A stretch of 64,000 nucleotides of DNA from Octopus vulgaris (lineage: Eukaryota): assembly GCA_951406725.2 (NCBI GenBank), contig OX597815.1:112220001-112284000 (forward strand), given 5' to 3'. Positions 55,188 to 64,000 of the stretch are shown one piece after another (within the stretch, counting starts at the first letter, position 1; each line of letters opens with the position of its first letter). The notes beneath the pieces are model-generated. The model did no database searches and had not been told where the DNA came from. It saw only the letters and a list, made by a program, of their open reading frames with translations. A program made the position numbers and the translations under genes.

Positions 55188-55195
<8 letters not shown>
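54852..55195. repeat. perfect fold-back palindrome, ~165-bp arms
   Basis: 54852-55016 and 55031-55195 are reverse complements. The arm is a diverged relative of 24003-24155. Confidence 0.95.
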
Positions 55196-55240
<45 letters not shown>

Positions 55241-55339
55241 CCATGTATGTATATATGTATGTATGTTAGTATGTGTGCGTCAGTGTGAGCAATTTTGTTG
55301 AAAAGGATGATTGTAAATGATACATACGGTTATCACGTC

Positions 55340-56950
55340 TTTCAACAAGTTTCAGCTAATTGTTTAATATAATTCTTTTTCGTCAGGTACACAGAAGCAA
55401 ATGGAAAACTTGAAATAGCTTGGGTTTCTTGTGTGGTATTGCTTGGTGAATTATAGCTTCATTTTATAGCTTTACAATCTCAACCTATTTTAGATTGCAA
55501 TGGTTATTTAATGTGCTGGCTTGTTTACAATGGTTTTGGTATACTTTTAGTATATATTTTTGTTCTTGCAACAGATTAGTGATTCTTATTCAATGTTAGA
55601 GGATTAATTTTAGAGAAGTATTGTTTGAAAAAGTTTTGCCAAACGTAAATCATATTGCAATATATTTTTTTAATTCTTTCTAAATTCTTTTTTTTTAAAC
55701 ATTAAGTATTTGTAAAAAATATTCATATCAGAAATTATTTTAAACACTTCTTTGAAAAGACCCCTTGTAAACCTTCAAAAATTTCATCTTTACTTTAAAA
55801 ACAAAACCTTAAAGTTTATATTTAGGATTACGATCCAAAGCTCAAAACTGCCTCCAGCTCGAAGGCGTACACTATAGTATTTATACAAATATAGGAATAA
55901 AATTGTGGTAAAAAGTAAAAAGAAGAGCGAAGTAAATAAGGGTGATGAAAATAACAATGAAATTGGAAATAAGTATGTAAATATGACAAAATAGATTTTG
56001 CAATGTATAAAAATAGGATAAATAAAGCGAAACTGGAGGATAAATTACATAGAAAGCTGTATTAAAACGGTGTATAATAATATGATGTAAATCGTATATG
56101 ATAATTTGTAAAATAGGTAAGTTGGGAGGAAAATTATAAGCATATAATTTTTTAAATATTTAAAACAGGAAAATTAAAAAGTAAAAACTATTAAAGAATA
56201 GCATATAATAAAAGCATAACAATAATAAAGCGATAATAAAATTGTTAAAATAATAAAAAGGAAAATAAAATGATATATTATATCATAATAATAAAATATC
56301 TTAAAATTGTTATACACAAAAATAGAAATTATATGAATTATAAAATTCACAAGGGAAAACACAATATTGGAAGATATTATCTGGTGACAAACGTGAGAAG
56401 TTTATAACGTTTCCTTGTGAATGGTTTTCGGGGAGGAGAACTTTGAAGTCTCAACTGTGCAAATCTTGCATATTTTGATATTTAGTTTTGAGAGTTTACA
56501 CACCATTCCACAGACCATTTCAATTCGTGTTGTATATTAGATCTTTCCTTTGTCACTGAAGACATAGATCAAGGATATCTTCGATTTTACCCGAATCATT
56601 GGCTTCCATAACTAATTCTAATGACACCTATACACCCTTTTTACCCGATACACTCCATGAGATTTTAGAAATATTTTTCTCACCAATCTCGTTACTTCAG
56701 TTACTCCCTCCGTGTTCTTTGTGACGCCTTTGGCATAACGTTATGGTTCGTCGGGAGGTTTCTCAAATATAGTTTTTTCTTTCATATAGATTATGAATTT
56801 AAAATTGACATTGTTAGTTTAGGTGAACAACCGTTTCAATATACTTTACGTATTGTTCTTCAGCAGAATTAATATAAATAAGGATTTAATCAATTGTATG
56901 ATGCTACCAAATACATTTTTCTTATGGCGTTAACGCTTTTTCTAGGTTTG
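55340..56950 (-). mobile_element. old Naiad-like PLE remnant with decayed HHR (55340-55390)
   Basis: Minus translation near 56400-56640 gives ELKWSV..KICKICTVE. Downstream CTGACGA..GAAA-CTTG-TT. Heavily decayed. Confidence 0.35.
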
Positions 56951-58908
56951 AATAGGCGTGCTAATGATTTCTACTGGAAATTAGGATGTTGAGTATTAAA
57001 TATCACGTAGAAGGTTGTACGTGCGTGTGGCATTATTTTGTCGGCAATATGTCTCGAATTTCTTGCATTTATTGATTTTATTCATGAAGATTTTATTAGC
57101 CTCCGTGAAATTACTGATAAATATTTATATAGTAATTTAATGCTTTGCCCGCTAGGAGGATTTGGTACTGCCTACTCGAAAAGACAATGGAGTATTTCCA
57201 CATTATATGGTCCAGTACATATTAACAAATACTGAATATAGTTGCTCTTATTCTCATGCTTTCTGCTTCATTTTTCCTTGTGTGTCTGAAACAAAACAGG
57301 GTATACAGTGGACAGAGACGAAGGCCGGTTTTATTGCTTGAAAAGTATTAAATGAAGTAGAAAATGTTTGCAATCATTATTTTTACGAAATTAATTATGC
57401 TGAATTGCCTCCAATATTATGTAAAATTGCTAATGTGTTTTGTCGATAAGAAGAAATAGGTAAATAACACTACAATTGATTAACATTTCCAGTTAAAGAT
57501 ACAGCGAATTTTGAAGTGATCGATCTATTCTTCGACAGATTCCACTCCAATACCTAGAAGAAGACAATAACTTAATCTCCTGACACATGACTGAATAGCT
57601 TCATTCAAATTTACAGGTGGTGTCGCACATTTTCGCAACACAAAGTAAAGAAATTCACAAGTCCAAATTTGGATTCATATCAAAGAAGAGCGTACAAAAT
57701 TTTTTACTACAGTCATCCACAGAATTTATTTTATTCAATAACTGAAAACTAAATTTCTGATCCGCTTCTTATGCTCGGTTTGAATAGACAATGCATGTCA
57801 TTGAAAAGATCGGAAACGGCATCGAAGGGGGTCTTGGAAAACGCAAATGATTCAGTGACTGAATGATTCATTATACAAATGACAACTTAGTTCGTTAAAT
57901 AGCTAACCAACTGATGAGTAAAGACACGAAATTGAACTAGAGCGAGTGTTTAATTTTGGCGAAATGACCTTCCCTCCCAAGATACAGTAAAAGTTGTTTC
58001 AATATAAGAGTTCACATCAAGAATATTGGAAACCAAAATTTAAAATGACATAGATATGTATACACTACGAATAAGAAACGCGTGATAAAATGGTCACAAC
58101 GCCTATCAATGGCATGCAACTAATACAACTATCATGGCGAGGAACAATAAACAAAAGCACTATAATATCAGTGCAACCTTACATATGATAACAGAAGTGA
58201 ACCACTCTCGACTAAAATATTGCTTATAGTATGCCTTAAAAGTATTTTAATAAGTAATATTTAAATGTAGTTTAGAGATTTGTACGAATTTGTTCATTAA
58301 ATGTATTTTAGAACCTTAACTTCAAATATATGAAAAGCCTTGAACTTACATCACTAAAATAAGTCTTACCTCGCCTGTACACTTTAAAACCTACGCCTTG
58401 ATAAACTTCCAAGAACATTTTATATTCTGTTTTAAAATTAACATAAGACGATATTTCTTTTAAGTCATATTTTTCTATAGGGAAATGCTAAAATATCATA
58501 AACAGCGATTAATAAATATATTTGAAATAGAACCATATGAAAATCCATGTTAAACGATAAAATATCGCTGGTTGCCCATAATTCATTCTAATAAAGTATC
58601 TAAGATATTTTCTCAAAATATCATTGCGCAAACAAATGCTGTCCACACCAGGAAAAATAAATGTTTCAATAAAGAGAATAGATACCTGAAAAAATCTCCA
58701 TGTACAAGCATTTTAAGACTGTATCTATATTTGAACGTAAAAAAACTATTAATTGAAATAAAATACCTCAGATGTCTTTTATTTGGCTGCTTAAATGGTT
58801 TTTAAATAAATCAACGTTTGTACACACGTAATGATTTTTATTTTTTCTACAATAATGATTGAACTACATCAAATATTTGTCAAAATATTTTCGTCGCTAA
58901 AATCCGCC

Positions 58909-58976
58909 ACCTGTTCACTGACAAAAATCCGTGCTGCATCACGTGATGCAGCACAGATTTTTATCAGTGAACAGGT
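58909..58976. repeat. 68-bp loopless palindrome centred on CACGTG
   Basis: 34-bp arms with two C/A mismatches. Confidence 0.9.
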
Positions 58977-59426
58977 ACATCAAATATGTTATATATAATT
59001 GATGGTCTGCTCTGCTTTACCAAGGAAATTATGTGAGTGAGTGAGTGAGTGAGTGAATGAGTGAATGAGTATATGTGTTTGCGTGTGTGCATGCTTACAT
59101 GCATACATGCATACTAACACATATGCACACAAAAATATACATAGATATGTGAATATATATATGTCAATGAACATGAAGGGAATCTTTATTTGTATTTTGT
59201 TACAGAACAGAATGAAATAAAGTATTCCCTTAAGGATTCCTTTTGATTAAGCATATAATTATACATATATGGAATATCATTGTTTAACAATTGTTAAAAA
59301 GTATATCAGAATAAACTTACTAGAGACGAAAATATGTAAATAAAAAGCTAAATATCAATTCTCGGGTGCATAACAAGTCTAGAATTCATTAAGTGTTGGT
59401 CGTTACTTGTTATTGTACTAATTCTT

Positions 59427-59818
59427 TTCTTGTCTAGGCACAAGGACCGAAATTTTGTCGGAGGGGTCCAGTCGATTAGATTGACCCCAGTACGCAGCTG
59501 GTACTCAGTTTAACCAATCGAAAGGATGAAAGGCAAAGTCGACGTCGGCGGAATTTGAACTCAGAACATAAAAACAGATGAAATACCTATTTCTTTTCTA
59601 CCCACAAGGGGCGAAACACAGAGGGGACAGACAAGTTCAAACGGATTAAATCGATTACATCGACGCCAGTGCGTAACTGGTACTTAATTTATCGACCCCG
59701 AAAGGATGAAAGGCAAAGTCGACCTCGGTGGGATTTGAACTCAGAACGTAACGGCAAACGAAATACGGCTACGAATTTCGCCCGGCGTGCTAACGCTTCT
59801 GCCAGCTCGCCGCCTTAC
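59427..59818 (-). mobile_element. composite (nested or dimeric) family B SINE with 14-bp TSD
   Basis: A Tx1-tailed unit is joined at ~59587 to GGTATTTC...CTTGTGCCTAG. TTGTACTAATTCTT flanks both ends (59413-59426, 59819-59832). Confidence 0.85.
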
Positions 59819-59884
59819 TTGTACTAATTCTTATACATACATACATACATACATTTACACACACATACATACAAATATACATGT

Positions 59885-62467
59885 TTAAAGCTATCAACGA
59901 TGTGCCAGAGAGCACATGGAATCCTGTAAAGTTAATTACTGTAATATAAATGCTCTAATATACACAGCCGCTATTACGCTTAATGAAAACCTAGGAGAAA
60001 TCTACAGTGAAAAAAGTAACAAAATTACTAAACGAAAACAACGTAGATGGAAAACAAAACTTGAAGAATACTTCAATAACGTGTGCCGTCATATCGGATG
60101 GTTAACTCCAACAATAAAATATAAGAAGAAACATTAGTTTACACTTCACTAACTCTACCTTAGACTAAAATTAAGAAATTTTATGACAACTCTTCACACC
60201 GAGCTCTTGAGGGACAGCTAATCACTTTAAAACGTGAACTCCCTTATCGCATGCGAATTTTAAACGAGCCAGCATCAATCGCAAGTTTGCTTCCAGCCCA
60301 CAAGCATTGTACAGAGAGATGAAGAAGGAAAACATTACCATTAAGAAAGCTCATTCCCAAGAAGATCTACAATCATTCTGGTCACAATCTTGGGACGCAA
60401 AGAGGGATTTCAACCTGAATACATCACGGTTAAATACGATTGAGAAAAAATATTGTACCAAAACTAACAGTAAAACAAACAAAATTGAAGCAGAATCCTT
60501 CGCTATAGTAATAGGCAAACTGCTGAACGGGAAGGCACCTGGAAGCGACCTAATAGTTGGATAATGGTACAAGAAGCTAACATTTTATAGAAATTAGTTG
60601 ATATGTATTTTCAAAAGGACTATGAAAGATTAGACTCATATACCAAATTGGCTTGCTCCAGCAAGGACAAATTTTTTGCCGAAAATGAAATCACCGAGAT
60701 GGTAGAACACTACAGGCCTATTGTTTGCCTATACATTATGTACAAATTGTACAGGTTGCCTCAACCAATTCCTCCAGGACCATTGTGAGTCGAACAACAC
60801 TGTCTGCTGAACAGGTTGGTAGAAAGAAGGGAGTGTGGGGATGTACCGAACAACGTTCAATAAACGAAGCTGTACAGTCTGAAGTAAGAAAACTTGTGAC
60901 AGTATGGCTTAACTATAAAAAGGCATTCGACTCGATCCCTCATTTATGGCTTTTGAAGTGCCTACATCTGGCAAAATTTACGTACTACCCTAATTGCTGC
61001 TCTAGAGAGACTCACAAAGATGTGGACAACGATTCTCATCCCTCCAACTGAAAACAGAACTGTTACAAATATTTGAGCCATTTCAAAGGGAATATTTCAG
61101 GGAGATAGTCTGTCTGTACTTCTTTTCATTTTGGTACTGAATTCATTATCGTTCCTACTACAGAAAACAAATGGTAACATGCTAGGATCTTCAAAGGCTA
61201 GAAAAATCAATGTAACTCGTAATATATTTGTAGACGACTTCAAGTTTTAGGTTTAAAATGTTAACAATGCCAAAACACAATTTACATTAATAATATTTTC
61301 AGCTGATATAGGCATGAAATTTCGTTATACAACGATGAAAATCAGTACCTCAAACCCAAAACTTGGGCATCAACCATCTCTCCATCTCCTATATTCCACA
61401 CAAAGAATGTTACAAATACGTAGGCATAGATGAAAATGTATAATATGAAGTTACTGTGAATAAAAGTAGAGTGATCCGAGTATATTACACCAGACTTAGG
61501 AACATATGAGAGTCGGAACTCTCCTCTTACAACAAAGCGATATGCCACAATGCATTTGCGGTATCAGTACTGATCTCAACATTTGGGATACTTGATTGGG
61601 CTGTACAGGAAATCCACTCCATAGATATCAACACCCGCAAAATCCAGACAACAACTGGGAACTTCCACAGAAACAGTAATGTTGACAGGCTCTACATAAG
61701 AAGAAATGAAGACTGTAGAGGCCTGAGATCAGTGCAGACTGCCTTCGAATGCCGTATGGTATCACTCAGGCAGCAAAAATAAATATATATATAAAAATAA
61801 AAGCAGTGCTGAAAAGTGAAGTGAACACATTGTACGAGTTGGCAGTGAGCTCCTCAAGAAGCACTCTCTTCCTGATGATTTCCTTTACAGCCCCAAAACA
61901 GCTGCGCTTTCTTACCTCAGAGAAGACCTGGATGGAAAGCACTCAGCATATAAAAAAGACTATGCATGGGTATTTTGTCCGGAAGCTTGAAGAAGACAAT
62001 AAAATTGACACGAAACGCAGTCTCTTTTGGCCACATGTCCACTACAACACTTCACACTTTGAAGGCTATGCATTAGCAATCCAAGAATAGGAGATTGCCA
62101 CAAAGTACAGTGGTACTCTTGTAATCCCAAGGTGCAACCGAATGTGTAGGATATGTCATGTTTCTGTGGAAGACATCACGCATGTGATTAGCAGTTGTCC
62201 TAAAATGTCGTCACGGTACTACATCCCTATTAGGCACGATGTTGATGCTAAAACAATTTACAATGCCATCCGCAGAAAAGACTGTCCTGAAATAAACTTA
62301 GAAAATCCCTCTGTTATGAAATACATTCATAAATACCAACTCAAGGAGTACTGGTTGATTATTCCCATCAAAACGGTTGTCAAATGTAAACATAACATGC
62401 AAAACATTATTGTTATTTCGAACAGTGGGGCAAAAGTATGTAACATTGTAGTTGTTAGCTGCCCCGC

Positions 62468-62470
<3 letters not shown>
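59885..62470 (+). mobile_element. degraded R4/Dong-like non-LTR retrotransposon
   Basis: INALIYTAA, GKAPGSD, YRPIVCL, KGVWGCTEQ, NYKKAFDSIPH, GIFQGDSLS, FVDDFK, CRICHVSVEDITHVISSC..RHD. Confidence 0.88.
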
Positions 62471-62520
<50 letters not shown>

Positions 62521-62558
62521 TCTTAGAAGGTTTGGAGATGTTGTACAGGTATTTTATA

Positions 62559-62834
62559 TTTCAGATACAAACACACACACACACATACACGTGCGCGCAC
62601 ATATACACACACACACACACTCTCTCACAAGACAATGATAAAAAGGAAATACAAACAATTTATTGAAAAGTGACATTTTGCTCCCCCCTTGGAGTAAACA
62701 GTTGGATTTACCATTACTAAAAGCCAAGAATTATTATTGACAAATCAACCAACTGCAAAGATATCAACAAAATTTCTCTCCTTCTTCCTTTCCTTATTTT
62801 TCTTTAACACCCGTTTCAGATACAAACACACGCC

Positions 62835-62919
<85 letters not shown>

Positions 62920-63022
62920 GATAATGATAAAAAAGAAATCCAGACAATTTTTTGAAAAGTTACATTTTTCCCCCATTGGAGCAAACAGTCGATTATTATT
63001 GACAACCTGACCAGCTGCAAAC
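62559..63022 (+). repeat. diverged tandem duplication (two ~200-bp units)
   Basis: TTTCAGATACAAACACAC..(CA)n(CT)n..AATGATAAAAA.GAAAT..TTGAAAAGT.ACATTTT..TTGGAG.AAACAGT starts at 62559 and again at 62814. Confidence 0.75.
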
Positions 63023-64000
63023 AGATTTTTGAAGCAAAATAACACCAAATATATAGTGCGTGTGTTTTTATTGGCTAAACTGGCAATATGACCATTCCGA
63101 AATATAACAATATCTGTTTCAACACATATATACTAACTTAACAGATATTTATAGTTAATTATTAAATAGTAATTTTTGGTATTAATAAGTTAAATTAAGG
63201 CATATGATAAAAATTTATATATTTTCTATATGCTAATAATTTTAGAGCATATTTCTTGTATTATAAAATAAATAGTGAAATATATCAGTATGGTTTTATA
63301 TAGATTGAGTATGAAATTTATAGAAATATATTATATATAAAATGATACAGTGAGTAAATAAGTAAGAAATGTTAGTTTAAAATTAAAGTAAAGACATGCA
63401 AATGAATATAATGAAAAATAAATAAAAATCCCTATAGAATATTATAGACAAGGGGTAGAACAGATTTGTGTTCTAAAAACTTATTATAATATATACCTAG
63501 CTTATTTATATTAATAGGTTAGGTAAGTTGTTAGAAGAAATTTATTATAATTCTACAAATTTTAGACTAAAATTTATATTTACTTATCATGGTAATATCT
63601 ATAAATGACTAGTGTTTAATGCCGGGTAAAGAGATGATCAAGTTATTGGGCAAACAAATTACATTATTAACAAAACTTTTATAAAATTGTGGGTTTTGTT
63701 ATAGATTTTTAAAAAATGCTATTATTATTCCTTATATGATAATATATAATTAATAATTGGTACTTATAAAATGTTATTTACTTATTTATATATAATCTAT
63801 TTATATAAAGTTTTCTAATACATACAAAGATCATGAGTGTAGAGTTGTTTTAGTGAAATAGAAATCAAGTAACTTAGATATTATTATCTATTTTTATCAG
63901 GTTTTAAATATTAATTACGGAGATTTAGATCTTTTTAAGAGGAGATTCCCAGTAAATAAGGCATTAATTGACTCACATACCAAAATCCTTAAAACACAAT

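Noticed and set aside
57600-58100. Possible host exons (also 1687-1900 and 39520-39780)
   Set aside because: AG/GT sites exist but there is no recognisable protein or consistent frame. Small exons cannot be excluded without RNA-seq.

Overview
AT-rich, microsatellite-dense eukaryotic DNA with no recognisable host gene. The SINE families and repeat landscape suggest an octopus or other coleoid genome (inference). The window is a mosaic of mobile DNA: (i) a ~4.2 kb Tx1/L1-like LINE inserted in the tRNA-like head of a SINE, whose 3' tail matches the tail of that SINE family; (ii) three R4/Dong-like RLE-LINEs, one near full length and sitting in (TAA)n; (iii) a HERO-like LINE 3' end nested in a Neptune-type Penelope-like element (PLE); (iv) Neptune- and Naiad-type GIY-YIG PLE remnants; (v) a mariner remnant; (vi) four SINE families. 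Reading by eye finds more than 15 type-I hammerhead ribozyme (HHR) motifs, intact to degenerate, in small (TA)n-embedded cassettes. Three cassettes resolve into non-coding ~450-600 nt tandem or circularly permuted monomers (retrozyme-like), and one family has a variant 8-nt core. A 200-nt A-depleted patch behind a GIY-YIG fragment looks like a genomic fossil of ADAR-hyperedited RNA. Fold-back palindromes and locally templated inversions are frequent. Almost all long ORFs in the supplied track are microsatellite artefacts. All coordinates and alignments were read manually and are approximate to a few bases.
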